Translations under genes and position numbers: made by a program
NCBI GenBank assembly: GCA_951406725.2
Contig: OX597838.1
Location: 24,304,001 to 24,368,000 of the forward strand
DNA: 64,000 bases
Origin: Octopus vulgaris
Taxonomy: Eukaryota
Reading direction: 5' to 3'
Shown here: positions 38,101 to 64,000 of the stretch, piece by piece
How the letters are laid out: every line of letters starts with the position of its first letter
Numbering within the stretch: the first letter of the stretch is position 1
Notes under the pieces: generated by a model
Told to the model about the DNA's origin: nothing
The model's input: only the letters and a program-made list of their open reading frames with translations
The model's database searches: none

Positions 38101-41100
38101 ATAGTGGTGACGATGAGGGGCTGGGTAGACATTTGAAGAAAAAAAAAACGAATGGATTAAGAGGTTTTATTTTAAAGAAACTTCGCTGGTGAGTAATTTG
38201 AAATGTGGGGAAATGGTGAAGAAATCCGAGAAATTCCAGTTTACTTTAAGACAGCTATTCTGAAAGTCCAACAAATATAGAATTGAATATCTTGGGCAAT
38301 CTTTCGTCTCTAGTAGACCTTTCCGTCGATTTCCGTAAAAAAATTTTTTTTTTACATATGGGCTTGCGGGAACTTTTGAAGTAATGTGAGCGAAAGAGAC
38401 TAAGAGAAAGCGATTGTATGACGAGGGAAGTCCTTTTGAAGTTACCGTGCATGGGAAGCATTGATGTACATGTGTGTGTGTGTGTTTGATGGGGTGTGGG
38501 AGACAGACAGTATGTTGTGTAAGTGAAGTGCTTCTGTTAGTGTGTGTGAAGAGACAGAGTAATGTGTGAAAGAGAGAGATAACTGAAATTTTTTACTCGG
38601 TGTATGTGTATATGTATGTATATTACTTCAAAAGTTCCCGCAAGCCCATATGTAAAAAAAAAAAAAAATTTTTACTAGAGACGAAAGATCGCCATATCTT
38701 CTTTTTAAAAGTTTCGTTATGACAGAGTTTCGAAAATATAAATTTGAAAAAAATTGTTGAAAGCACCGAAAATCAGAAAAGTCGGGTTGGTAAAATGATG
38801 AGCTCCAACCGGTACTCCACTAATTTCTAAACAACGAAAAACCACGATTATATTAATTTATATTTTATAATAGCTTAATTTAATCAGTCGATTATGTCAC
38901 CTATATTTAAAGCAAATATACGAAGACGAATTCTGAAGTTTGTCTCATGCTGAAAATTTACAAAATTTATATATTTTTTTATAAAACCAAACTTTACATA
39001 GAACAAAAGTTAAAATACCAATTATGGGAGATATGAAGAATGTCTTACCTTTACCTAAAAAATACCAACTCAAGACAACAGTTGTGCGAAATACATCGAA
39101 GTCACATTTGTAAATTATTTGTTTAGTGACAGTAATCTCTCTCTCTCTCTCTTTGTGCATATATACACACACAGAGGCAAACAGGGTCTAAAAATATTGG
39201 TTGCCAGTAGAGTAAGGGGGCCCACCCGCAACCACAATGCTGTAATTTAATTTTTTCTTTTTTTTTTTTTTTTTGTTAAAAGTATTCTTTTCAACTATCT
39301 ACAAACACAGCCAGGCTGAAATAATGCATTCTTCCAGGAGTGAATAAAAATTCTCGAACTTGAGGGGATGGGCCCCTTACATACTAACATGGGGCCCCCA
39401 TGTATGGAATCTAATGACGCAAGGGCCCACTTGCCATCGGGCAAGCTGGCAACCTGGTCAGTCTGCCACTATGTGCACACAACATACTTATGTACACATA
39501 TGTTTATGAGTATTTATAACCTTAGCAGACCATTTATCCACTGACCATTTTATTCTCTGGGGACTTTGGTAGAATGATCACAGACGCCATATGTATATAT
39601 ATATATATTAATAATACTAAAACTCTAAGGATGTTTGTATGTCCTGTAAATATCTTAGAAATAGTATATTTTATCTTAATTTTTTTTGCATATTTATTTT
39701 CATACCTTCGGCAGTGCAGTACAAATTTTTGTGACATTCGGTCCCCTATTCATTATTGAAAATGAGTGAACACAATTTTTATGTTTACTCATGATGTCAG
39801 CACACATACATACATATAATGAAGGTCATGGCGTGTCAATCAACCCAAACACACATCCACTATCTGTGACGTATCCACACAGTCTTCACACTCTCTAAGA
39901 AAAAACAACAATGATCCAAGGTAAGCACAGCAGGCCATCCTGCAAGCCATGAACTCACTTCATTTGTCGGGTCTTCACAGTCACAGCATATCTCCAGAAG
40001 TTTCGGTCTTTCGTCATTGCCTCTGTGAGCGATAACATTTGAAGGTCATGCTTGACCACCTCATCCCATGTCTTCCTGGGTCTACCTCTACCTCGGATTC
40101 CTTCAACCTTTTGGGAGTGGCACTTCTTCAGACATCTCTCCTCACACATCTGTAGTACATGACCATACCAACGCAAACATCACTCCTGCATGCCACACCC
40201 GATGCTTCTTGTGTCCAACATTTCTCTCGGGGCGCTTACACTGTCGTGTGTGCACACTGACATTACACATCCAGCGGATCATGCTAGCTTCATTTCTTTC
40301 AAGCTTACACATGTCTTCCGCAGTCATAGACCATGTTTCACTGCCATGAAGCATGGTAGTTTGCACACTTACGTCCTACAATCTACCTTTCACTCTGAGC
40401 GAGAGACCCTTTGTCGCCAGTAGGGGAAGAAGCTTTCTAAACTTTGCCCAGGCTATTATTATTCTAGTGGTAACACCCTCTGAGCATCCACCCCCACTAC
40501 TAACTTGGCAACCTAGGTAGCAGAAGCTATTAACTACTTCTAGTTTCTCCCCCTGGAGTCTGATGGAATCTGTTTTCTGAATATCTGTGGTGTCTGTTGC
40601 CCCTGTGCATCTGCAGCACACGAAACCTATCTTCTCGGTTAATTTTCTTTTGATGTTGCTGCACTCTTATGTGTCTATAGCTTACACTGGGTACATCTTA
40701 TGGAGTTTCTACCTACACCTTTTCTACACATCGAGCAGGGCCACCTACCTAATGGGGTGTGTGGTGAGTTTGCCTTCTTACTTACTAGAACTTTGTTCTT
40801 TGCTACATTGACTCTAAGGCATTTTGATTCTAAACCTAGCTTCCACACCCAAAATGATTTGGTGTGATTCTACTATGAGGGCCAGGTCATCGGCATAGAG
40901 GAGCTCCCAGGGGCAACCAGTCTTGAATTCCTCTGTTATTGCCTGGAGGACTATGATGAACTGATAGCTGAACCTTGGTGGACCCCTACTTCTACCTGGA
41001 ATTCTTCACTATACTCATTGCCAATCCTAACCTTATTAACAGCCTCTCTGTAAAGGGCCTGTATATATTATATATAATATATAATATATATTTATGTATG

Positions 41101-41501
41101 TATGTATAGATAGATAATATAATATATACGAGTAAGTGAACACATGCAAAAAAAAGGCACTCAACATATTTTAGTAGGAGTTGCATGTATTATTTACAAC
41201 AGTTTGATTTGGCCCTCATGCCAAATAATATGATAATATATGTATTATATATAAAAAATGGAGGTAATATATAATGTGTGTGTATGTGTATGCAAATCTA
41301 TAAAAATATTTATATGCATAAATATTCCGTGTATATTTCCAGAAAAAGTCAATTAAAGAATGCTTCCAACCAGATGACCGTTGGGGACCTTCGTGTCTGG
41401 CACCTGAAAACATCCAGAAGGGGTTCCAAATCAATAAAGCTTTTGTCCCAGATGTTATCACAGAAATATCCATAAAGACTACAAGTCTCGGAAGCGAGTA
41501 A
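4769..41501 (+). CDS. SLC6 (sodium:neurotransmitter symporter) amino-acid transporter, GlyT/ATB0,+/PROT-like; spliced gene, about 661 aa
   Basis: join(4769-4789?,10900-11092,11762-11893,13754-14020,14815-14929,18674-18806,19797-19931,25188-25291,26876-27000,28422-28534,32247-32384,33978-34077,35109-35203,36503-36658,41343-41501) = 1986 nt, open frame, all GT-AG. Motifs [28 protein letters not shown], LPWxxCxNxWNT, [21 protein letters not shown] and C-terminal PDDRWGP. Confidence 0.93.
5500..5720 (+). mobile_element. R4/Dong-like LINE 3' fragment
   Basis: [13 protein letters not shown]...[11 protein letters not shown]...IIRKVL followed by (AAT)n. Confidence 0.7.
7010..7480 (-). mobile_element. 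mariner transposase remnant (HTH to first catalytic Asp)
   Basis: [13 protein letters not shown] and [12 protein letters not shown] resemble GDxSLEDxxRxGRP and TGDEKW. Confidence 0.6.
8450..9960 (-). mobile_element. Degenerate R4/Dong-like non-LTR retrotransposon (RT thumb, Zn knuckle, restriction-like endonuclease)
   Basis: [18 protein letters not shown]...[31 protein letters not shown]; ends in (TAA)n at about 8385-8447. Confidence 0.85.
9983..10495 (-). mobile_element. Dispersed repeat family F with (TAA)n tail (probable LINE 3' UTR or SINE)
   Basis: Same sequence at about 5830-6072, 12725-13050, 25645-26350 and 28897-29240; the ...CTCTCTCACTCAATAAT end, where present, runs into TAA repeats. 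Confidence 0.75.
10531..10785. mobile_element. mariner-type MITE with long TIRs
   Basis: TATTGGGCTGGTGCATAATTATTG ... CAATAATTATGCACCAACCCAATA; imperfect inverted arms extend about 90 bp. Confidence 0.8.
10900..11092 (+). CDS. SLC6 exon, N-terminus and TM1 (TEQKPTNG...[37 protein letters not shown])
   Basis: SNF signature; AAG acceptor (alternative CAG at 10906-10908), GTAAGT donor at 11093; absent from the ORF track. Confidence 0.93.
11762..11893 (+). CDS. SLC6 exon, TM2 ([43 protein letters not shown])
   Basis: CAG/GTAAGT, phase 1-1, family motif. Confidence 0.95.
13754..14020 (+). CDS. SLC6 exon, TM3 and EL2 (GVGYSMLI...YYNVIVAYS...[15 protein letters not shown]...PDCR)
   Basis: CAG/GTAAGT, phase 1-1. 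Confidence 0.95.
14815..14929 (+). CDS. SLC6 exon, EL2 ([39 protein letters not shown])
   Basis: CAG/GTATGG, phase 1-2 bridges the flanking exons; contains SEEYF. Confidence 0.88.
15977..16371 (-). mobile_element. SINE family A copy
   Basis: Reverse complement of the family consensus. Confidence 0.88.
17800..18570. repeat. Degenerate tandem repeat, unit about 55 bp, interrupted by the SINE dimer
   Basis: GGTCATGG...CAATAGG..TGCTGGATCAAGTTTG recurs about six times. Confidence 0.75.
18041..18454 (+). mobile_element. tRNA-derived SINE family B, head-to-tail dimer with 12-bp TSD
   Basis: Core GCCTTTCATCCTTTCAGGGTCGAT..ATAAGTACCAG occurs twice; AATGGTCATGGC at 18029-18040 and 18455-18466. Other copies at about 6737-6965, 19030-19257, 49745-49968, 57250-57430, 61700-61855. 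Confidence 0.88.
18674..18806 (+). CDS. SLC6 exon, TM4 ([44 protein letters not shown])
   Basis: AAG/GTAGGT, phase 2-0. Confidence 0.93.
19797..19931 (+). CDS. SLC6 exon, TM5 ([45 protein letters not shown])
   Basis: CAG/GTAAAC, phase 0-0. Confidence 0.95.
20007..21572 (-). mobile_element. 5'-truncated CR1/L2-group LINE (reverse transcriptase and 3' end) with one frameshift
   Basis: ORFs 21558-20641 and 20773-20057: [58 protein letters not shown]; (ATT)n tail at 19983-20006. Confidence 0.93.
22988..23392 (+). mobile_element. SINE family A copy with TSD ATGAATA
   Basis: ATGAATA at 22981-22987 and 23393-23399. Confidence 0.85.
25188..25291 (+). CDS. SLC6 exon, TM6 ([35 protein letters not shown])
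   Basis: CAG/GTAACC, phase 0-2. Confidence 0.95.
26876..27000 (+). CDS. SLC6 exon, TM7 ([41 protein letters not shown])
   Basis: CAG/GTAAGT, phase 2-1. Confidence 0.95.
27245..27585 (+). mobile_element. tRNA-derived SINE family E (CORE-like)
   Basis: A box TGGCTCAGTGG, B-box-like GCTCGAATCC, GTGTTCTTGAGCAAGGCACTT core; relatives at about 12090-12390, 13115-13410, 61100-61350. Confidence 0.8.
27735..28297. repeat. Three tandem units of about 130 bp followed by an imperfect inverted copy (Penelope-like)
   Basis: Unit TTATTTAATTTGCTTTGCGGAAGTAACTG...CTGATGAACGGTCGTTC repeats; 28055-28297 folds back on itself. Confidence 0.85.
28422..28534 (+). CDS. SLC6 exon, EL4 and TM8 ([38 protein letters not shown])
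   Basis: CAG/GTAAGT, phase 1-0. Confidence 0.95.
30035..30170 (-). mobile_element. Small RTE LINE fragment (KTKILV...[13 protein letters not shown])
   Basis: Homologous to the Cys-rich segment of the RTE at about 40600-40800. Confidence 0.7.
30285..30650 (+). mobile_element. SINE family A copy
   Basis: Matches the family consensus. Confidence 0.88.
30871..31752. repeat. Direct repeat (about 190 bp x2) plus inverted partial copy, Penelope-like, in (TA)n
   Basis: 30871-31062 equals 31431-31622; 31625-31752 is the reverse complement of about 30970-31098. Confidence 0.88.
32247..32384 (+). CDS. SLC6 exon, end of TM8 and TM9 ([46 protein letters not shown])
   Basis: CAG/GTAAGA, phase 0-0; translated manually. 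Confidence 0.9.
33978..34077 (+). CDS. SLC6 exon, TM10 ([34 protein letters not shown])
   Basis: TAG/GTAAGT, phase 0-1. Confidence 0.92.
35109..35203 (+). CDS. SLC6 exon, IL5 and TM11 ([31 protein letters not shown])
   Basis: CAG/GTAAGT, phase 1-0; DI..M and KFVTP motifs. Confidence 0.85.
35625..35885. repeat. Compound (CA)/(CAGA)/(CATA) microsatellite
   Basis: Seen directly; similar arrays at 2715-2860, 21850-21950, 44742-45230, 49050-49270. Confidence 0.95.
36196..36407 (+). mobile_element. LINE-like 3' fragment with (CAA)n tail inserted in a SINE
   Basis: Near reverse complement of about 1090-1283; CCTTGTGCC flanks both sides. Confidence 0.65.
36503..36658 (+). CDS. SLC6 exon, TM11-TM12 ([52 protein letters not shown])
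   Basis: CAG/GTTAGT, phase 0-0; YxYP motif. Confidence 0.92.
37427..37820 (+). mobile_element. Helentron-associated (DINE/HINE-like) non-autonomous element
   Basis: 5' ACTAG...CGCCCGACGTTGCTCGGG hairpin and 3' CAGCTTTATATATAGAGAT end. Confidence 0.55.
38298..38690. repeat. Spaced inverted repeat within a probable DNA element
   Basis: TTACATATGGGCTTGCGGGAACTTTTGAAGTAAT at about 38352-38385 is inverted at about 38622-38655. Confidence 0.7.
39890..41060 (-). mobile_element. Degenerate RTE-clade LINE (RT C-terminal half and 3' end)
   Basis: WELLYADDL (about 40885-40910), [25 protein letters not shown]...GRGRPRKTW; several frameshifts. Confidence 0.88.
41343..41501 (+). CDS. SLC6 terminal coding exon ([23 protein letters not shown]...TSLGSE*)
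   Basis: CAG acceptor, phase 0, P...WGP motif typical of this SLC6 subgroup, TAA at 41499-41501. Confidence 0.85.
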   Translation, partial: KKSIKECFQPDDRWGPSCLAPENIQKGFQINKAFVPDVITEISIKTTSLGSE

Positions 41502-41533
41502 CACTGAATCCCTGTATTGTATTGTTTTCTATA

Positions 41534-41539
41534 AATAAA
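41534..41539 (+). promoter_or_regulatory. Candidate polyadenylation signal (AATAAA) of the SLC6 gene
   Basis: AATAAA about 30 nt after the stop codon; the AT-rich context makes it non-specific. Confidence 0.35.
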
Positions 41540-42171
41540 TTAGTTGGTTTCAAACAATCTGTGTTTAGAATTAAATAAGTAAATATATACAGGGTGCATA
41601 GGTATTTGAGGACGTACATTTTTGGGGTCGTTGCTGCATTTTTTGCTTGCTTTGTATAATCTTTGTTTCAGAAAATAATAATAGCAGACTCTCAGCTTAC
41701 TCAAGAAATGAAGAGGCATGCTGTCAATGTGGTTATAAAGGCTGAGTATAGCGATTTAGAAATATCTTAATATATGGATGTTTTGTTGTCCCTTTTTGTA
41801 TCATCTGTCTGGATGTTCTGCGTTCTTGTCCCATTTTTTGTATTCCTTTATATATATATATATATATATATATGATCACGTGACCGACCAGACCATCAGA
41901 TGTTGCTACACATCGCTGGTCACAATGCACTTCGCTTTGTTTTAGCCTTTGAGTGATGCCACCCCGCTGGCTAAGCGAGCAGGCCAACAGAAGAAAGAGT
42001 GAGAGAAAGAGTGGTGAAGGAGTACAGCAGGGATCACCAACCCCTGCCGGAGCCTCGTGGAGCTTTTAGGTGTTTTCGCTCAATAAACACACACAACGCC
42101 CGGTCTGGGAATTGAAACTGCGATCCTATGGGCGCGTGTCCGCTGCCCTAACCACTGGGTCATTGCACCTC

Positions 42172-42269
<98 letters not shown>

Positions 42270-42334
42270 ATATATATATTATATATATCGGATATCTCTA
42301 TTTTGCTCCAACTATACCGGATGTCGTTTTTCTC

Positions 42335-43260
42335 CCACCACCATTATAGGTGTCTACTCTTTGAACCCCCTCTTCAATACGCTATTTCACCATGCATTAC
42401 CCCTCTCTCGATATCCTACGTTCTACTTGCCTAGAACCTGTCCCCTGAACCACCCCTCCCACTGGTGCTCTCCTATATTTCTGCACCCCCCACCACCATT
42501 ATAGGTGTCTACTCTTTGAACCCCCCTCTTCAATACGCTATTTCACCATGCATTACCCCTCTCTCGATATCCTACGTTCTACTTGCCTAGAACCTGTCCT
42601 CTGAACCACCCCTCCCACTGGTGCTCCCCTATATTTCTGCACCCCCCACCACCATTATAGGTGTCTACTCTTTGAACCCCCTCTTCAATACGCTATTCAC
42701 CATGCATTACCCCTCTCTCGATATCCTACATTCTACTTGCCTAGAACCTGTCCTCTGAACCACCCCTCCCACTGGTACTCCCCTATATTTCTGCATCCCC
42801 CCCACCACCATAATAGGTGTCTACTCTTTGAACCCCCTCTTCAATACGCTATTTCACCATGCATTACCCCTCTCTCGATATCCTACGTTCTACTTGCCTA
42901 GAACCTGTCCCCTGAACCACCCCTCCCACTGGTGCTCTCCTATATTTCTGCACCCCCCACCACCATTATAGGTGTCTACTCTTTGAACCCCCTCTTCAAT
43001 ACGCTGCTCCCCTATATTTCTGCACCCCCCACCACCATTATAGGTGTCTACTCTTTGAACCCCCTCTTCAATACGCTGCTCCCCTATATTTCTGCACCCC
43101 CCACCACCATTATAGGTGTCTACTCTTTGAACCCCCTCTTCAATACGCTATTTCACCATGCATTACCCCTCTCTCGATATCCTACGTTCTACTTGACTAG
43201 TACCTGTCCTCTGAACCACCCCTCCCACTGGTGCTCCCCTATATTTCTGCACCCCCCCCC
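42335..43260. repeat. Tandem minisatellite, unit about 155 bp (five full and two internally deleted units)
   Basis: CACCACCATTATAGGTGTCTACTCTTTGAACCCCC... recurs at about 42337, 42491, 42646, 42803, 42958, 43030, 43102. Confidence 0.92.
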
Positions 43261-43502
43261 CAATAAAAAGCACCATCCGAACGTGGCCGATGCCAGACCC
43301 CTCTGGCACCTGTGCAGGTGGCACGTAAAAAACACCCACTACACTCGCGGAGTGGTTGGCGTTAGGAAGGGCATCCAGCTGTAGAAACACTGCCAGACTA
43401 GACTGGAGCCTGGGGCAGTCCCGAGCTCCCCAGACCCCGGTCGAAACCGTCCAACCCGTGCTAGCGCGGAAAACGGACGTTAAACGATGATGATGATGAT
43501 GA

Positions 43503-43599
<97 letters not shown>

Positions 43600-44502
43600 A
43601 TGATATATATATATAAAAACAATACATACACAGATATTGTTTTGTGCTGAGTGGGGATGCTAAACTCCCTTGTTCGAAAATATGAGACACAGATAGCATG
43701 TCATATAGACAGCTGGAGACGATGTTTCCTGCAGCTAAGTAACAGCAACATTGGACTTAAACCAGGACTGCCAAGTTATGTTGGCAAATGATCTTTACTC
43801 TAGAGTACTGTTACTGAATGTCTCTCGAGAGATTTACAAACAGAAATTTTCTATTTTAATATATACACAAGTGCTTTTATATATATATATATATATGAGT
43901 GCTCCATGCTAGTGGAGCTTTAAGAGCACCATCCGAGCGTGATCGTTGCCAGAGCGGCTAACTGGCATCTGTGCCGGTGGCATGTAAAAGGCACCATTCG
44001 GGTGTGATCGTTACCAGCGTCGCCTTACTGGCACTTGTGCCAATGTGCAGGTGGCCTTGTGCTGGAGGCACGTAAAAGCACCCACTACACTCTCGAAGCG
44101 GTTGGCATTAGGAAGGGCATCCAGCTGTAGAAACTCTGCCAGATCAAGATCAGAGCCTGGTACAGCCATCTGGTTCGCCAATCCTCAAGTCAAAATCGTC
44201 CAACCCATGCTAGCAGGGAAAGCGGACGTTAAACGATGATTATGATGATGATGATGAGTGTGTATACATTTGTCTTCATGTATAGTTATACATGAAAAAA
44301 AATAAAACTGCTGAACATTGGTGAGTTTCTTGATACGTTGTTGCGTTATCATATTTATTTCGTTTTTTTTATGCAAAAGGTTAACAGTTACTTCAAAGTT
44401 TCAGATTAGTTATCGTCGACACACTGACGGGCACGACCATACCGAAAGAATTAAATTACATACATAGACATCTTAAAAGTAAATAGACACTTATTATATA
44501 TA

Positions 44503-44742
44503 CACGGGGTTGGCCAAATGTCATCTGGCAGTAAATCAAAATTCCATAAATGCTTGATATTCAGTTTCGTTTATTTATTTGGGAAAATGGTTTTCGCTCA
44601 AGAAGGACTTCAATTTGAACAATTTTCATGATGTTTCATATTTAGATGCTTTCAATTAAATTCATTCAGTTGTTAAATATAAAAAAGTCTTGGAATTAAA
44701 TGGTTTTGGTTTACTGTCAGGTGACTTTTGGCCAAACCCGTA
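44503..44742. mobile_element. Tc1/mariner-type MITE
   Basis: ACGGGGTTGGCCAAATGTCATCTGGCAGTAAATCAAAA is the near reverse complement of TTTTGGTTTACTGTCAGGTGACTTTTGGCCAAACCCGT; TA flanks. Confidence 0.75.
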
Positions 44743-44878
44743 TGTGTGTGTATGTATATATATGTGTGTGTGTGTGTGTATATAAATGTGTGTATATAAA
44801 TACATACATAATACATATATATATATATATATATATAAATACATATATTCATAAACATATTTATTGAATATACATATA

Positions 44879-44911
<33 letters not shown>

Positions 44912-44993
44912 TATATATACATACACACACATATCTATACATATATGCATATACACATTTATTGAATACACACGTGTGTGTGTAGCTATATAT

Positions 44994-45025
<32 letters not shown>

Positions 45026-45246
45026 TTAGATACACATATGTATATATGCATATGTTTATATGCATATATATATATACATATACGTGTGTGTGTGTATATA
45101 TATTTAAAAATGAGGGATGTCTATTTACTTTTGAGAGGTCTGAGTACATGCATGCATACACACACACACACATACATGTGTGAGTGTGTGTGTGTTTGTA
45201 TACATGCATGTATGTATATTTGCTCGTGTGTATAGTAAATTCATCT

Positions 45247-62397
<17,151 letters not shown>

Positions 62398-62431
62398 CTG
62401 TTCAAGGAAAAAAAAAAAAAATTAAACCATA

Positions 62432-62835
62432 GGCGCAGGAGTGGCTGTATGGTAAGTAGCTTGCTAACCAACCACATGGTTCCGGGTTCAGTCCCACTGC
62501 GTGGCATCTTGGGCAAGTGTCTTCTGCTATAGCCCCAGGCCGACCAATGCCTTGTGAGTGGATTTGGTAGACGGAAACTGAAAGAAGCCTGTCGTATATA
62601 TGTATATATATATGTGTGTGTGTGGGTTTGTGTGTCTGTTTGTCCCCCTAGCATTGCTTGACAACCGATGCTGGTGTGTTTATGTCCCCGTCACTTAGTG
62701 GTTCGGCAAAAGAGACTGATAGAATAAGTACTGGGCTTACAAAGAATAAGTCCCGGGGTCGATTTGCTCGACTAAAGGCGGTGCTCCAGCATGGCCGCAG
62801 TCAAATGACTGAAACAAGTAAAAGAGTAAAAGAGT
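62432..62835 (+). mobile_element. tRNA-derived SINE family A (internal (TA)n/(TG)n, AAGAGTA tail), representative copy
   Basis: A box TGGCTGTATGG, B box GGTTCAGTCC. Other copies at about 1698-2030(+), 3148-3565(-), 11140-11690(-), 15305-15555(+), 15977-16371(-), 22140-22535(-), 22988-23392(+), 30285-30650(+), 48350-48670(-), 54218-54370(-), 56540-56760(+), 59445-59585(+), 63000-63360(-). Confidence 0.9.
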
Positions 62836-63559
62836 ATAGAGAAAAAAAAAAAAGAGAGATTAGTTCCTGTTGATTGTCTTCGAATAAAAGTAATTTTCAG
62901 GTTAATCTTTTGCTGGGGAATGTCATGTTTGGAACCATTTTTTTGTTGGGATATTCTTTATTTTCATTAGACTTCGACCATGCTGGGGTACCACCTTGAC
63001 AAATTCCAATTAAGCGAATTAATCTCAATACTTATTTTTTTAAAGCCTGTTAATTATTCTATCAGTCCCTTTTGCAAGAACTGCAAAGTTACAGGGACAT
63101 AAACACACCAACACTGGTTGTGATGTCATAGCGGAGGACAAACACAGACACAAATACACCCCCCACACACAAATACACCCCACACACACAAATACATCCC
63201 ACACACACACCCATAACGTTTTCGGTTTCCATCTACCATATCCACTTTCAGGGGACTTTCATCAAATCAGGGCTTTCATCAACACTTGGTCAAGGTGGTC
63301 ACACAGTGGGACTGAACCCAGGACCACGTTGGAAAGCAAATTTCTTACCATGCAGCCATGAAGCAAGGTGAAGAGGAGAAAATACCAATTCTATTTTCTG
63401 GTAGACATTTAATATCATTACCATAAAATTTAATTTAGTGATGAAAGGGTCCCTCCTCCTCCTCTTCCATTGTTGCCGCCATCACCGCCACTACCGCCAT
63501 TACCACTTGATGTCTGTCTTCGACGCTGGCATGGTTTAACAGGAGCTGGCAAGCCAGAG

Positions 63560-63898
63560 GATTGCACTAAGCTGCACTGTCTGTTCTGGTATGGTTTTTA
63601 TGGCAGGATGCTAGCGCTGCCTGACTGGCGTCCGTGTCGGTGACACGTAAAAGCACCAACCGATCGTGATTTGTTTGCCAGCCTCCTCTGGCCCCTGGTG
63701 CTGGTGGCATGTAAAAAGCACCCACTACACTCACGGAGTGGTTGGCGTTAGGAAGGGCATCCAGCTGTAGAAACACTGCCAGATCAGACTGGAGCCTGGT
63801 GCAGCCTCCTGGCTTCCCAGACCCTGGTTGAACTGTCCAACCCATGCTAGCATGGAAAACGGACATTAAACAATGATGATGATGATGATGATGATGAT
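63560..63898 (+). mobile_element. SINE/LINE-tail family C ending GGACGTTAAACGATGATGAT, representative copy
   Basis: GGCGTTAGGAAGGGCATCCAGCTGTAGAAAC core. Copies at about 335-540(-), 43262-43505(+), 43900-44255(+), 45525-45870(+), 52115-52500(-), 53905-54085(+), 57480-57665(-). Confidence 0.85.
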
Positions 63899-64000
63899 GC
63901 CCTTTCTAATGCCAACCACTTTACAGAGTGGACTGGATGCCTTTTAAATGACACCAACAAGGGACATAAATTCTGCTGTCATGGTAACAGGGCTTAAACT

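Overview
Eukaryotic, AT-rich, microsatellite- and SINE-dense genomic DNA. The SINE and LINE repertoire looks like an octopus (coleoid cephalopod) genome; this is inferred, not database-confirmed. Two convergent spliced genes were reconstructed by hand with consistent GT-AG phases. (1) A + strand SLC6/SNF Na+/Cl- dependent amino-acid transporter of the GlyT/ATB0,+/PROT type: 14 well-supported coding exons at 10900-41501 plus a probable ATG micro-exon at 4769-4789, about 661 aa in total. It has an enlarged Cys- and glycosylation-rich EL2 and atypical TM6/TM8 binding-site residues. (2) The last nine coding exons of androglobin (ADGB) on the - strand, 62397 to 45247; its 5' part lies beyond the window. 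Introns carry at least five tRNA-derived SINE families, CR1/L2-, RTE-, R4/Dong- and Tx1-like LINE remnants, mariner remnants and MITEs, Helentron-like elements, a solo LTR with a 5-bp TSD, and several palindromic or tandem Penelope-like pseudo-LTR structures with hammerhead-ribozyme-like topology. Most ORFs in the supplied track are microsatellite or SINE artefacts. Repeat boundaries are approximate unless a TSD or TIR is quoted.
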